DNA of 64,000 nt from a bacterium (GCA_030429765.1 JAUIER010000002.1:130239-194238); one strand, 5' to 3'; numbered from the stretch's first letter, positions 47,580-57,706 are shown. The notes: generated by a model from the sequence alone, not told the origin. A program made the numbers and translations.

Positions 47580-48290
47580 TTATTGCTCGGCGTTGAACTC
47601 GGTCACCTTAAAAGATATGCCAATACTGAAAGTTAATTCCGGATAGCTTAATCCTTTGGGAAAATTGGTGAATGGCGCGGACTCCTTGACACTGCGAATC
47701 CCGACTTGACGTAAATATTCGCTCGCCTTGGTCTTTTCTTCGATGATCTGGACCTTTTGTAGACCTCCCGATGAATTCAGGACAAACGTGATATAGACCT
47801 GGCCTTCCTCCAGGACATCGGGATCAATATTCTCAAAGGCTTTACGCCGGATCCGCTGAAGGGTTGTCTCACTGTAGCTCACATAATTCGGATTGGTGAT
47901 CTTTTCGGAGCGGAATAAATCCACCGACATCTTACGGTCCAGATCCAGCGTCTTGATCTTGGGTGTCAATTTCTTATCCAGCGAAACCTTCTTGGCAAAC
48001 TTCGAAATATCTTTGACCTCTTTGTCAAAGACGGCGAACTGCTCTTGTGAACGCTTTAACAGCTTGATGTTTTTGGGCTTCACAACCTTTTTTTCCTTGA
48101 TAACTTCGGCCTTGGGTGGCGGTGTCGGTTCCTTCTTCGTCGAAGCTGATTTAACCCGTTGGTAGGTCACCTCCAGTGTCTGACTGCGCTTGGGCGTGGG
48201 AACAGCCGGATTGGCCGCCATATTACGAATCACCGCCAAATGCACGACACAGGACAGAAAAAAGCCGAAGTAAAATAATCTGTCTTTCAT
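47580..48290 (-). CDS. TonB-family protein (C-terminal TonB/TolA-like domain)
   Basis: N-terminal TM, Pro/Lys-rich middle (KKEPTPPPKAEVIKEKKVVKPK), C-terminal ..EGQVYITFVLNSSGGLQKVQIIE... Confidence 0.55.
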   Translation of the reverse strand: MKDRLFYFGFFLSCVVHLAVIRNMAANPAVPTPKRSQTLEVTYQRVKSASTKKEPTPPPKAEVIKEKKVVKPKNIKLLKRSQEQFAVFDKEVKDISKFAKKVSLDKKLTPKIKTLDLDRKMSVDLFRSEKITNPNYVSYSETTLQRIRRKAFENIDPDVLEEGQVYITFVLNSSGGLQKVQIIEEKTKASEYLRQVGIRSVKESAPFTNFPKGLSYPELTFSIGISFKVTEFNAEQ

Positions 48291-48952
48291 GGGTCGTTAG
48301 AATCCTTGGATATCCAGCCGTGCTGCCCGTACAGCGGGACGAATACGCATCCGCCAGCCTCAAGCCTTTGGACGCCTCCATCGGTTTTTTTATAGATCAT
48401 TAAATGCTGACTGGTCAATCCGCCCTCAGGGATCACCATCCGTCCGCCCGGACCGAGCTGATCCAACAGAACTTCTTGAGTACGGGGCGCTCCGGCCGCC
48501 ACCAGGATCGCTTGAAAACTGATACCTGAATCCGGCCAACCCAATGTCCCGTCCCCACAGATGAGGCTAACATTCTTATAGCAAAGATTGTCGAGTCTGT
48601 CTCGGGCTCTTTGAAATAATTCGGGAATACGCTCAATTCCGTACACATGCTCACATAATTCCGCCAGAATGGCCGTCTGGTACCCGGATCCGACACCAAT
48701 CTCGAGCACATGATCTTGAGGCTTTAGGTCCAGATACTCGGTCATGAGGGCGACCATGTACGGCTGAGAAATCGTCTGACCGTGTCCGATCTGCAGCGGG
48801 TGATCTTCGTAGGCATGATCACGATCTTTGGAATCAACAAATAAGTGCCGTTCGACCGCGCTCATGGCCTTCAGGACCCGAAGATTGCGAATTCCGCGCC
48901 GGACCAGCTGATCTCTCACCATCATTAAACGCTGTTCGGTGAAAGATTTCAT
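48287..48952 (-). CDS. pcm: Protein-L-isoaspartate O-methyltransferase
   Basis: GHGQTISQPYMVALMTEYLDLK..VLEIGVGSGYQTAILAEL. Start set to MKSF (2 nt after the GT2 stop); the longer ORF overlaps the GT2 gene. Confidence 0.85.
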   Translation of the reverse strand: MKSFTEQRLMMVRDQLVRRGIRNLRVLKAMSAVERHLFVDSKDRDHAYEDHPLQIGHGQTISQPYMVALMTEYLDLKPQDHVLEIGVGSGYQTAILAELCEHVYGIERIPELFQRARDRLDNLCYKNVSLICGDGTLGWPDSGISFQAILVAAGAPRTQEVLLDQLGPGGRMVIPEGGLTSQHLMIYKKTDGGVQRLEAGGCVFVPLYGQHGWISKDSNDP

Positions 48953-48953
48953 A

Positions 48954-49622
48954 CTATTTTCGTGAAAAAATTTCCTTGAGAAGGTAGGAGAAAAACCGGA
49001 TCGTGTCGCGGACCGGATTGATATGACTGGTCTCTTCACCATAGATGGTTTGGACCGGGACTGAAAAAATTTTGTAACCGTTCTTTGAACTTTTGATCAG
49101 GATTTCAGATTCAATTTCGTAGCATCCGCTGGTGAGTTTAAGATTTTTTAAAACATCCGCTCCGATGAACCGGTAGCCACATTGCGAGTCGCGAACTTTC
49201 TGACAACAGACGCCGGAAATCAACCAGGACATAAAACGGTTGGTCCAACGTCGGACAAAGGGCATTTTCTGGGCCCCATCCATGCGGTTGCCGTTAATCA
49301 CGGTATCTCGCGCTAAATTAGGTGAATTAAAAAAACGATCGAGGTCACTGATGGCATGCTGTCCGTCGCCGTCCATCGTGATCACACCATCAAAATTCTC
49401 CTGAACAAAATATTGAAACCCTTTTTGCAGGCTGAAGCCCTTGCCTTGATTGACCTCATTACGGATGACCGTCGCTCCATTTTCTCTGGCAATAGCACCG
49501 CTGTTATCCGTCGAACCGTCATCAATCACCAGCACGAATAAATCCCTCTCGCGCAGCCGGGCTACCAGATCGCCAATGGCCTTGGCCTCATTCAGGATCG
49601 GGACGAGAATGCCGACCTTCAT
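48954..49622 (-). CDS. Family-2 glycosyltransferase (Dpm1-like)
   Basis: ILVPILNEA..., VIDDGSTDNS, DGD.QH; 222 aa. Confidence 0.8.
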   Translation of the reverse strand: MKVGILVPILNEAKAIGDLVARLRERDLFVLVIDDGSTDNSGAIARENGATVIRNEVNQGKGFSLQKGFQYFVQENFDGVITMDGDGQHAISDLDRFFNSPNLARDTVINGNRMDGAQKMPFVRRWTNRFMSWLISGVCCQKVRDSQCGYRFIGADVLKNLKLTSGCYEIESEILIKSSKNGYKIFSVPVQTIYGEETSHINPVRDTIRFFSYLLKEIFSRK

Positions 49623-49861
49623 GCGCCGGAGGCCTCCATAATCACCAAAGGCGCACCGATGGGCGCTTTGTCACCCTCCTTAAAGCAAAGCCGGCTAATT
49701 TTACCTGCTTGATCGGCCGGAACATTAAACGTCGCTTTATCCGTCACGACTTCCACCACATCTTCGTCAGCCTGGACCGAATCTCCCTCGGCAAAATGAT
49801 AGCAGGCGATCGTCGCCTCCTCAATGCCCTCGCCTAGCTCGGGCAAACAAATTTCTAACAT
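49619..49861 (-). CDS. Stand-alone lipoyl/biotinyl-attachment domain protein (80 aa)
   Basis: LPELGEGIEEATIACYHFAEGDSVQADEDVVEVVTDKATFNVPADQAGKI (E2-type lipoyl domain with the TDKA Lys motif). ATGA overlaps both neighbours. Confidence 0.6.
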   Translation of the reverse strand: MLEICLPELGEGIEEATIACYHFAEGDSVQADEDVVEVVTDKATFNVPADQAGKISRLCFKEGDKAPIGAPLVIMEASGA

Positions 49862-49864
49862 GGT

Positions 49865-50512
49865 TCACTCCTCACGTGATTGAAACACCCTCTGAAAATG
49901 GTGTACAAATTTAGCCTTTACCTGGTCCATTTCGACCGATCTCCCTATTATATGGGAAATGGACGTCATTTCAACGTTTAAACCGCAGGGCTGGATATAC
50001 GAAAACAGGTTCAAATCTGTATTCACATTGATCCCTACGCCATGAAAACACACCCAACGCTTCACCCCAATCCCCATGGAAACGGCTTTTCTGTTGTCAA
50101 CCCAAACCCCGGTTTGACCGGGTTCACGACGCCCTACAATGCCGAAATCGGCCAACAATGCGATCACAATATCCTCGAGACATCTCAAGTACCAATGCAA
50201 ATCCCGCCGGTAGGCCGTTAGATTGAAAATCGGATAGACCACCAACTGACCCGGCGCATGAAGGGTAATATCTCCGCCGCGATCAATATATTCAATGTCG
50301 ATTCCCCTGGCATTAAGCTCCATTTTTGAAAACAGGATGTGCTCTTCCTTGGCCATGCGTCCCATTGTAATCACCGGCGGATGTTCGCACAAAAGAATGC
50401 GGGAATCCCCGCCATCCATGACCTCCTTAACCACCTGCTTCTGCAGCTGATAGGCCTCCTGATACGCGATCAATCCCAAGTCCTGAATCTTAAAATTCGT
50501 CACTGATGACAT
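49865..50512 (-). CDS. lipB: Octanoyl-[ACP]:protein N-octanoyltransferase
   Basis: LLCEHPPVITMGR, catalytic Cys and Lys region. Start trimmed to MSSVTNFKIQDLG (the longer ORF would run into the pilT terminator). Confidence 0.85.
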   Translation of the reverse strand: MSSVTNFKIQDLGLIAYQEAYQLQKQVVKEVMDGGDSRILLCEHPPVITMGRMAKEEHILFSKMELNARGIDIEYIDRGGDITLHAPGQLVVYPIFNLTAYRRDLHWYLRCLEDIVIALLADFGIVGRREPGQTGVWVDNRKAVSMGIGVKRWVCFHGVGINVNTDLNLFSYIQPCGLNVEMTSISHIIGRSVEMDQVKAKFVHHFQRVFQSREE

Positions 50513-50522
50513 TCTAAATTCC

Positions 50523-50560
50523 AAAAAATGAACCCCGCCCATGATCCATGAACGGGGTTC
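50523..50560 (-). terminator. Rho-independent terminator after pilT (bidirectional-looking)
   Basis: GAACCCCG-(15 nt)-CGGGGTTC with a T-run following on the minus strand (A6 on the plus strand at 50523-50528). Confidence 0.6.
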
Positions 50561-50593
50561 AGATTATTTTTAACTCGATTAATTCAAATATAT

Positions 50594-51661
50594 TTATCGT
50601 TCTTCACGTCGACGTAAGAGCTGCTCAAATTCCTCAAGGTTCTTGACCTGCATGATGGCATCCTCATACGTAATCAATCCTTGTTCGTACAGCAGCTTCA
50701 AGGACATGTCCATCGTGTGCATGCCGTATTGAACGCCGGTCTGGATTGACGTCGGGATCTGCTCGACCGCTTTTTCGCGGATTAGGTTTCGAACCGCAGG
50801 AGTCGCCACCAAAACCTCGGAGGCCATTACCCGTCCCTGTCCGGACGCTCGCGGCAACAACGTTTGAGATACAACCCCTTGCAGCGCCGCTGATAACTGC
50901 AGTCGAACCTGTTGCTGCTGATGCGCGGGAAAAACGTCAATGACACGCTCAATGGTTTGAGCCGTATCGGGCGTGTGCAGTGTGGCTAATACAAGGTGAC
51001 CGGTTTCCGCCGCCGTTAAGGCCGTAGAAATTGTCTCCAGGTCCCGCATCTCCCCGACGACAATTACGTCAGGATCCTGACGTAAACAGCGCTTAAGCGC
51101 TTCGGAGAACGAGTTGGTATCACTATAGACTTCGCGTTGTTTGATAACCGCCTTGTTATTCTTGTGCACATATTCGATCGGGTCTTCGATACAAATCATC
51201 ATACACGCTCGTTCGGAATTGATGATATTGACCATCGACGCCAACGTCGTTGTCTTCCCGGATCCGGTTGGACCGGTAATCAAAACCAAGCCGCTGGGCT
51301 TACGGGCAAAATCCAATACGGCCGGCGGCAATCCCAAATCCTCAATCGACGGGATAAAGTGCGGAATACGACGCAAGGCCGCCTCAACTGATCCTTTTTG
51401 AATGTGTACATTGACACGAAAGCGGTCTAGCCCTTCCATGGACAACGAAAAATCCAGCTCTCGATCACGTTCAAACATTTCTTTTTGAACGTCGGTCAGG
51501 ATTCCATAAATAGCTTTTTTGAGTTCTTCTTTGGGAAGTGGCGGTTTGTCGATGAGCATGAGTTTACCATCAACACGTAAAATCGGAGAGCTGTTTTCCG
51601 TTAAATGAAGATCGGACGCCTTACGATCTATACACAGCTTGAGAAGTTCTTTTAGATCCAA
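50594..51661 (-). CDS. pilT: Type IV pilus retraction ATPase PilT
   Basis: LVLITGPTGSGKTTTLASM, Asp box, His box; 355 aa. Confidence 0.9.
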   Translation of the reverse strand: MDLKELLKLCIDRKASDLHLTENSSPILRVDGKLMLIDKPPLPKEELKKAIYGILTDVQKEMFERDRELDFSLSMEGLDRFRVNVHIQKGSVEAALRRIPHFIPSIEDLGLPPAVLDFARKPSGLVLITGPTGSGKTTTLASMVNIINSERACMMICIEDPIEYVHKNNKAVIKQREVYSDTNSFSEALKRCLRQDPDVIVVGEMRDLETISTALTAAETGHLVLATLHTPDTAQTIERVIDVFPAHQQQQVRLQLSAALQGVVSQTLLPRASGQGRVMASEVLVATPAVRNLIREKAVEQIPTSIQTGVQYGMHTMDMSLKLLYEQGLITYEDAIMQVKNLEEFEQLLRRREER

Positions 51662-51694
51662 GGAAAACTCCTAAGTTAGGGGGTGAAGTTGTTG

Positions 51695-52873
51695 TTAGGA
51701 ATTGTTATTTATCCACTGCGCAATTCGTTTGACGCCCTCTTCGATTCGTTCGTTCGAAGTGGCGTAACTCAAGCGCATGTAGCCAGGAGCGCCGAATCCT
51801 TCACCAGGGATAATCGCAACATTAACGTCTTCAATGATTCGTTGGGCAACTTCAAAAGACTCACCAAGTTTGGAGAAATCGCAGAAGAGATAGAACGCGC
51901 CTTGGGGTCTAATATAGCTAACTTCAGGTATGCTGTCAAACAAAGATGTGATTAATTCCCGTCGTTGCTTGAAAATATCGCGCATGGCCTGAACTTTTTC
52001 CTTGGGTTCATTCAACGCCGCGAGGGCCGCGGCTTGACTGATCGAGCACGGATTAGATGTCGAATGATCCTGGAGTTTCTTGACATAACCCATAACCTCC
52101 GCGTTTCCGGCCGCGTATCCGATCCGCCATCCGGTCATCGAATAAGCCTTAGAAACTCCATTCACGGTAAAGGTTAGGTCATAAATGTCTGAATTCAGCG
52201 AGGCAATTGAGGTGTAGTCATCCGTGTCGTATATCAGTTTCTCATAGATCTCATCGCTGATAACATAAATGTTGTTTTTGACGCACACATCCGCCAACGC
52301 CTGCAGCTCATCCCGGGAATATAACATTCCGGTCGGATTTGATGGCGATGCCAAGATCAGGATTCGCGTCTTGGCTGATAGGTTCGCGGCAAGCTGCTCG
52401 GCTGTTAGCTTAAAATTATCAGCGGCGGTGGTCTCAACAAATTTGGGTGTACCGCCGGCAATCTTCACCATTTCCGGATAACTGACCCAATAGGGCGTCG
52501 GAATAATGACTTCATCACCTTGGTCGATTAGAACTTGAATGAGATTGAAAATAGAATGCTTGGCCCCGCAACTGACAACGATTTGTCCGGGTGTATAATC
52601 TAACCCGTTATCGACTTTGAACTTGTCGACAATTTTATCGCGTAGCTGAGGCGTGCCAATGCTGGGGGTGTATTTGGTCTGACCATTTTCGATGGCCGCA
52701 ATAGCTGCCTGCTTAATCGAATCGGGAGTGTCAAAGTCCGGCTCACCACCGGCAAAATTAACAACGTCTTTGCCCTGTGAGCGGAGCTCCTTGGCCTTCG
52801 CGGTAATCGCAAGTGTTGACGAACCCAACACCTGCTGAATGCGACTGTTAATCTTCAGCGACACCGTATCCAT
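51695..52873 (-). CDS. Class-I pyridoxal-phosphate-dependent aminotransferase (aspartate aminotransferase-like)
   Basis: ...SKAYSMTGWRIGY.. PLP-Lys motif; 392 aa. Confidence 0.85.
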   Translation of the reverse strand: MDTVSLKINSRIQQVLGSSTLAITAKAKELRSQGKDVVNFAGGEPDFDTPDSIKQAAIAAIENGQTKYTPSIGTPQLRDKIVDKFKVDNGLDYTPGQIVVSCGAKHSIFNLIQVLIDQGDEVIIPTPYWVSYPEMVKIAGGTPKFVETTAADNFKLTAEQLAANLSAKTRILILASPSNPTGMLYSRDELQALADVCVKNNIYVISDEIYEKLIYDTDDYTSIASLNSDIYDLTFTVNGVSKAYSMTGWRIGYAAGNAEVMGYVKKLQDHSTSNPCSISQAAALAALNEPKEKVQAMRDIFKQRRELITSLFDSIPEVSYIRPQGAFYLFCDFSKLGESFEVAQRIIEDVNVAIIPGEGFGAPGYMRLSYATSNERIEEGVKRIAQWINNNS

Positions 52874-52875
52874 TC

Positions 52876-53487
52876 CTATTTGCCGGATGATTTGCGGTTG
52901 AACATTTTTCGAATTCCACCGACGATCTTTTTGCTTTTCTGGGATTTGTCAGCTGAAACACTGCTCTTGTCGTCGTCTTTGACAGAATCCTTCTTGCTGG
53001 ACTTTTCTTTCTTGTCTGACTTTTCGACAATCTCAGCGTCTTGAGGTTTGACATCCACATTAGCCGAAGCCTTAACCTCTTTGGAGATATCAGCTGCACC
53101 CGATGACTTGGCCTTGCTGATAATGCTTCCGCTGATTTCGGTCAATTCCAGATAAGCCAACTGAGCGTTGTCGCCCCGTCGATTATTCGTCAGAATAATG
53201 CGCGTGTATCCACCTGATCTTTTCTCAAACCGGGTAGCAATATTATTGAATAACTCGCTCACCAGTTTGTGATCACAAAGGATCGCATACGCCCGTCGCT
53301 TGCTCGCCAACGTGCCGTTCTTGCCCAACGTGATCAGCTTATCCACCAACTTGCGGGCCTCTTTGGCCTTGACTTTGGTCGTGCAGATACGCTGCTGGAT
53401 CAATGTGGCCTTCGCCAAATCCCTAACCGTCGCCTTACGATGCGCTGTTTTTCTGTTTAATGTATTTCCGGATATTTTATGTCTCAT
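52876..53487 (-). CDS. rplQ: 50S ribosomal protein L17 with ~80-aa K/S/D-rich C-terminal extension
   Basis: MRHKISGNTLNRKTAHRKA..., core ~120 aa then ...KSDKKEKSSKKDSVKDDDKSS... Confidence 0.9.
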   Translation of the reverse strand: MRHKISGNTLNRKTAHRKATVRDLAKATLIQQRICTTKVKAKEARKLVDKLITLGKNGTLASKRRAYAILCDHKLVSELFNNIATRFEKRSGGYTRIILTNNRRGDNAQLAYLELTEISGSIISKAKSSGAADISKEVKASANVDVKPQDAEIVEKSDKKEKSSKKDSVKDDDKSSVSADKSQKSKKIVGGIRKMFNRKSSGK

Positions 53488-53500
53488 AATCTACTCTTTG

Positions 53501-54505
53501 TTAAGATGCGTCTTCTTTTTTAACCTGACGTAATTTTTTCTGATCCACTTTCATTCCGAGGCTTAGCCCCATAATCTTAAGTAAATCGTTAATTTCGGTC
53601 AGTGATTTCTTACCAAAATTTCTGAACGTCAATAATTCTGATTCACCCTTCTTGACCAACTCTGCGATTGTGTTAATATTCGCATCTTTCAAGCAATTCG
53701 CACTGCGCACCGAAAGCTCTAATTCCGAAATCGGTAGACGTAGTTTTTCATAGAGTGATTGCTCTTCGGCTGAGATTTCCTCTTCCTCTTCTTCCTCTTC
53801 AGGAAGCTGTCCGTAACTGACAAAGACATCAAGGTGACGCTGAAGGATGTTCGCCCCGTACAAAAGCGCTTCTTTGGGATTAATTCCTCCGTTTGTCCAG
53901 ATTTCAAGGATCAAACGATCGTAATCTGTCCGCTGCCCCACACGGGTGTTCTCAACGTGAAAATTAACCTTCGAAATCGGCGTAAAAATCGAGTCAATGG
54001 CAATCGTGTCAATCGCGGATTCCTTCTTGTTCATTTCCGCCGGCACGTATCCTCGCCCTCGGGAAACTTCCATCTCGATGTTGAGTTTTGTGTCCCGCGA
54101 AATAGTGGCAATTAGCAGATCAGGGTTCAACACCTCAATCGTCTCATCACAGATAATATCGGCCGCCCGAACTTCACCTTTCTTCTCGGCTTTGATGTAA
54201 ATCGGCTTCGGCACCTTGGAGTGAGATCTCAAGACCAATCGCTTGATATTGAGGATAATCTCGGATACTGATTCCATGACGCCTGGGATAGTTGAATACT
54301 CATGCTGCGTACCTTCGACTTTAATGGACGTGACAGCACTTCCTTCAATGGACGATAAAAGAATACGACGCAATGAATTTCCAAGCGTTACACCGTATCC
54401 TTTTTCAAATGGTTCAGCGATAAACTTACCATATGTCTCAGTGTATTCGGCCTCTACACAATCTAGCCTTTTAGGCATTTGAAAATCGCGCCATTTAACT
54501 CCCAT
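53501..54505 (-). CDS. rpoA: DNA-directed RNA polymerase alpha subunit
   Basis: 334 aa; NTD/CTD with acidic linker ([14 protein letters not shown]). Confidence 0.95.
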   Translation of the reverse strand: MGVKWRDFQMPKRLDCVEAEYTETYGKFIAEPFEKGYGVTLGNSLRRILLSSIEGSAVTSIKVEGTQHEYSTIPGVMESVSEIILNIKRLVLRSHSKVPKPIYIKAEKKGEVRAADIICDETIEVLNPDLLIATISRDTKLNIEMEVSRGRGYVPAEMNKKESAIDTIAIDSIFTPISKVNFHVENTRVGQRTDYDRLILEIWTNGGINPKEALLYGANILQRHLDVFVSYGQLPEEEEEEEEISAEEQSLYEKLRLPISELELSVRSANCLKDANINTIAELVKKGESELLTFRNFGKKSLTEINDLLKIMGLSLGMKVDQKKLRQVKKEDAS

Positions 54506-54633
54506 AAATTAGCCTCCTGTAATGGATGCAGCGTACTTTCCGCAATTACATCCGCAAGTGAAAATTAGATATATCGATTGTCCTGTTTCCGGACAAATCT
54601 TTACAAACTGTTTCCGCGCTACCCAACAGTTTA

Positions 54634-55245
54634 TTACTTTGAATAAAGCTCGACAATCAACTGCTCGTTGATTGGGAATTGAAGATCTTCCCGGACCGGA
54701 AGCTTGACGACAGTTCCTTTGTAATTCTTTTCGTCAACATTCAGCCACCCTTGACGGGTAAGATCTTTGTTGCGCTCCAGCACCGAGTCGATAAATGCCT
54801 TGGATTTTTCCTTGAATTTCAATACGATCTCATCGCCTTCCTGCACCTGAAATGAAGGAATGTTAACTCGGCGTCCGTTGACATAGACCATACCATGACT
54901 GACGATCTGCCGAGCCTGAGGTCGTGTCAGTGAGTAACCCATACGGAAAATAACGTTATCTAATCGCCGTTCCAATAACTGCAGCAACACGCTACCCGTG
55001 ATCCCTTTAGACTTGGCCGCTTTCTCATAGTAGCGACGGAACTGGCGCTCCAGAACACCATATACCCGCTTGACTTTCTGTTTTTCGCGCAACTGAAGAC
55101 CGTAATCCGAAAGCTTGGTCCGTCGGCCTTGTCCATGTTGTCCCGGCGGATATGGACGGATATCAAAATCATATTTTTTAGGTCCGAAAAGATTCTCACC
55201 TTCTCGTCGACATAGTCTGTATTTTGGTCCTGTATATCTTGCCAT
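54634..55245 (-). CDS. rpsD: 30S ribosomal protein S4
   Basis: MARYTGPKYRLCRREG... Confidence 0.95.
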   Translation of the reverse strand: MARYTGPKYRLCRREGENLFGPKKYDFDIRPYPPGQHGQGRRTKLSDYGLQLREKQKVKRVYGVLERQFRRYYEKAAKSKGITGSVLLQLLERRLDNVIFRMGYSLTRPQARQIVSHGMVYVNGRRVNIPSFQVQEGDEIVLKFKEKSKAFIDSVLERNKDLTRQGWLNVDEKNYKGTVVKLPVREDLQFPINEQLIVELYSK

Positions 55246-55264
55246 TAAATCTTCTCCTTAAACG

Positions 55265-55687
55265 TTATACTCGCCGTTTTTTACGCGGACGGCAACCATT
55301 GTGAGGCAATGGTGTAATATCTTTGATTGATGTAACACTTAGACCAGCCGCTTGAATAGCCCGAATCGCTGATTCTCGTCCTGACCCCGGCCCTTTGACC
55401 AACACATCAACCGTTTTTAATCCCAACTCCTTGGCCTTCTTGGCGCAATCCGAGGCAGCGACCTGAGCGGCAAACGGAGTCGATTTTTTGGATCCGTTAA
55501 ATCCCACAACGCCAGGCGTCGACCAGACAATTGTGTTTCCTTCTTTATCTGAAATCGAGATAATTGTGTTATTGAACGTCGCAAGAACATGCGCCACGCC
55601 GGCCGTAATCCCCTTAAGAGCCTTCTTCTTTTGTTTCTCACGCTTACGTGCTGCTTTAGCATTAACAGTTGGTTTTGGCTTTGCCAT
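55265..55687 (-). CDS. rpsK: 30S ribosomal protein S11
   Basis: ..[18 protein letters not shown].. Confidence 0.95.
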   Translation of the reverse strand: MAKPKPTVNAKAARKREKQKKKALKGITAGVAHVLATFNNTIISISDKEGNTIVWSTPGVVGFNGSKKSTPFAAQVAASDCAKKAKELGLKTVDVLVKGPGSGRESAIRAIQAAGLSVTSIKDITPLPHNGCRPRKKRRV

Positions 55688-55711
55688 TGATCAGTATCCT
55701 TAAATATGAGT

Positions 55712-56089
55712 TTATTTCTTCTTGATTTTCTGTCCGCCGATGGTCGGTTTCCGTCCTTTTCGCGTCCGGGAATTTGTCTTGGTCCGTTGACCATTCACGG
55801 GCAATCCCTTGCGATGGCGAAGCCCGCGATACACACCGATTTCCATCATACGTTTGACATTCTGGCTGATTTCACGTCTCAAATCCCCTTCAGTCACATA
55901 ATTGTTCTGAATGATATTCGTCAATCGGCTGATTTCTTCCTCAGTCAATTCTTTTGCCCGTCGATCTTTGTCGATACCGGCTTCCTTTAGAATGTCCAGA
56001 GCACGCTTGGGTCCCACGCCGTAGATGTACTTAATCGAGGCTTCAATTCTTTTTTGTTTTGGTATATCGACACCTAAAATTCTTGGCAT
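55712..56089 (-). CDS. rpsM: 30S ribosomal protein S13
   Basis: MPRILGVDIPKQKRIEASIKYIYGVG... Confidence 0.95.
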   Translation of the reverse strand: MPRILGVDIPKQKRIEASIKYIYGVGPKRALDILKEAGIDKDRRAKELTEEEISRLTNIIQNNYVTEGDLRREISQNVKRMMEIGVYRGLRHRKGLPVNGQRTKTNSRTRKGRKPTIGGQKIKKK

Positions 56090-56094
56090 GATAT

Positions 56095-56211
56095 CTATCC
56101 TTGTCTTTGTTTGTGTTTTGGATTAGCTTTGCATATAACGCGCACGACACCATGGCGTCTGATAACTTTACAATTACTGCAAATTCTTTTAACTGATGAC
56201 TTTACTCTCAT
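56095..56211 (-). CDS. rpmJ: 50S ribosomal protein L36 (not in the ORF track)
   Basis: Manual translation: [47 protein letters not shown] upstream. Zinc-ribbon C..C...C...H. Confidence 0.85.
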   Translation of the reverse strand: MRVKSSVKRICSNCKVIRRHGVVRVICKANPKHKQRQG

Positions 56212-56301
56212 ATTTGATTGCGCGTCTTGCGCCCTCCTACATTCTTTATTATCGCGGTAACATTGGCTGTCCCGCGTATTGATATTCAGTCAGGCCTTGT
56301 C

Positions 56302-57069
56302 TTACTGAGGACAAAGCGTCAAAATTTCCGGGCCATTCTTGGTGATCGCGACGGTGTGCTCAAAATGGGCGGATGGCTTGCCATCCATAGTCGCTACCGT
56401 CCAACCGTCTTCCAAAATCCGTGTCTGCCAGGTACCGAGGTTGACCATCGGTTCGATGGCGAAGACCATACCAGCCTTGAGGATCGGACCCTGATGCGGC
56501 GGTCCGAAATTCGGTATTTCCGGATCTTCATGGAGATTCCGTCCAATACCATGACCTACAAATTCCTTGACGATGGAAAAATTGAATTTTTCAACGTACT
56601 TTTGAATCGCGGCCGAGATATCCGTCAGATGATTGTGCACCTGTGCTTGTTCAATTCCGCGATGCAGTGATTCCCGTGTGACATCCAGCAATTGCTGAAG
56701 CTCATCTCCTATCTTACCAATTCCAACCGTGACGGCCGTGTCAGCATAGTAATCTTTGTGGATGATTCCCACGTCCATACTGACGATGTCACCTTCTCTG
56801 AGAATCCGCTCATTAGGAATACCATGAACAACTTCATGGTTCACGGACATGCACACACATCCGGGAAACCCGCGATATCCCTTAAATGCCGGGATCACAT
56901 TAGCCTTTTGGATCAAGTCTTCGGCTATTGTGTCCACCGCCTTAGTGGTAACTCCAGATTTTAAAGAGCCTTTTAATTCATGAATGACACCGCCGAGAAT
57001 CTGGCCGGCTTCACGCATGATGTCAAGTTCCTGTTCGGTCTTGATACTAATTGAGCTTTGCCTGTTCAT
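56302..57069 (-). CDS. map: Methionine aminopeptidase type I
   Basis: SISIKTEQELDIMREAG..., metal ligands (D..D..H..E..E). Start ambiguous (57069 or 57081). Confidence 0.9.
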   Translation of the reverse strand: MNRQSSISIKTEQELDIMREAGQILGGVIHELKGSLKSGVTTKAVDTIAEDLIQKANVIPAFKGYRGFPGCVCMSVNHEVVHGIPNERILREGDIVSMDVGIIHKDYYADTAVTVGIGKIGDELQQLLDVTRESLHRGIEQAQVHNHLTDISAAIQKYVEKFNFSIVKEFVGHGIGRNLHEDPEIPNFGPPHQGPILKAGMVFAIEPMVNLGTWQTRILEDGWTVATMDGKPSAHFEHTVAITKNGPEILTLCPQ

Positions 57070-57706
57070 TGAAAATATCATTCAGTTCGGGTAACAGCTT
57101 TTCTGAATCTTTATCGCCATCGACCTTAACAAGGATTCCCTTGGACTCGTAATATTCAACAATCGGCAATGTGTTCTTCAAATAAACATCCATACGGCGA
57201 CGAACTGTCTCTTCGTTATCATCCGGTCGCTGGATTAATTCCTCACCAGATACGTCACAAATCCCTTCCTGTTTGGGAGGGCGATTCACAATGTGATAGA
57301 CCTTACCTGACTTAGGTGCCACCCGGCGCCCTGTAATACGGCTGATAATCACTTCCATCGTCGCGTCCATATAAACCGCTAAATCCAGTGGACGCTGGAT
57401 TTCATTCAGAATCTCATCCAGGCTTTCTGCCTGAGCCTTGGTGCGTGGAAATCCGTCAAGCATATAGCCCTTATCCGGACTGCTTGTCTTGACCTTTTTG
57501 GCCAGTAATTGGGTGACCAGCAGATCCGGGACAAGTTCGCCCTTTTCGACATAGCTCTTGGCTTCCAAACCCAGCTCACTGCCGTTCTTCATCTCTTCCC
57601 GAAGCAGATCACCGGTGGAAATATGTAAAAGATCGTGCTGCTCAACGAGTAATCCGGCTAACGTTCCCTTTCCCGCTCCCGGAGGTCCTAACAAGACAAG
57701 GTTCAT
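57047..57706 (-). CDS. adk: Adenylate kinase
   Basis: MNLVLLGPPGAGKGT..., zinc-lid Cys absent; 219 aa. Confidence 0.93.
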   Translation of the reverse strand: MNLVLLGPPGAGKGTLAGLLVEQHDLLHISTGDLLREEMKNGSELGLEAKSYVEKGELVPDLLVTQLLAKKVKTSSPDKGYMLDGFPRTKAQAESLDEILNEIQRPLDLAVYMDATMEVIISRITGRRVAPKSGKVYHIVNRPPKQEGICDVSGEELIQRPDDNEETVRRRMDVYLKNTLPIVEYYESKGILVKVDGDKDSEKLLPELNDIFNEQAKLN

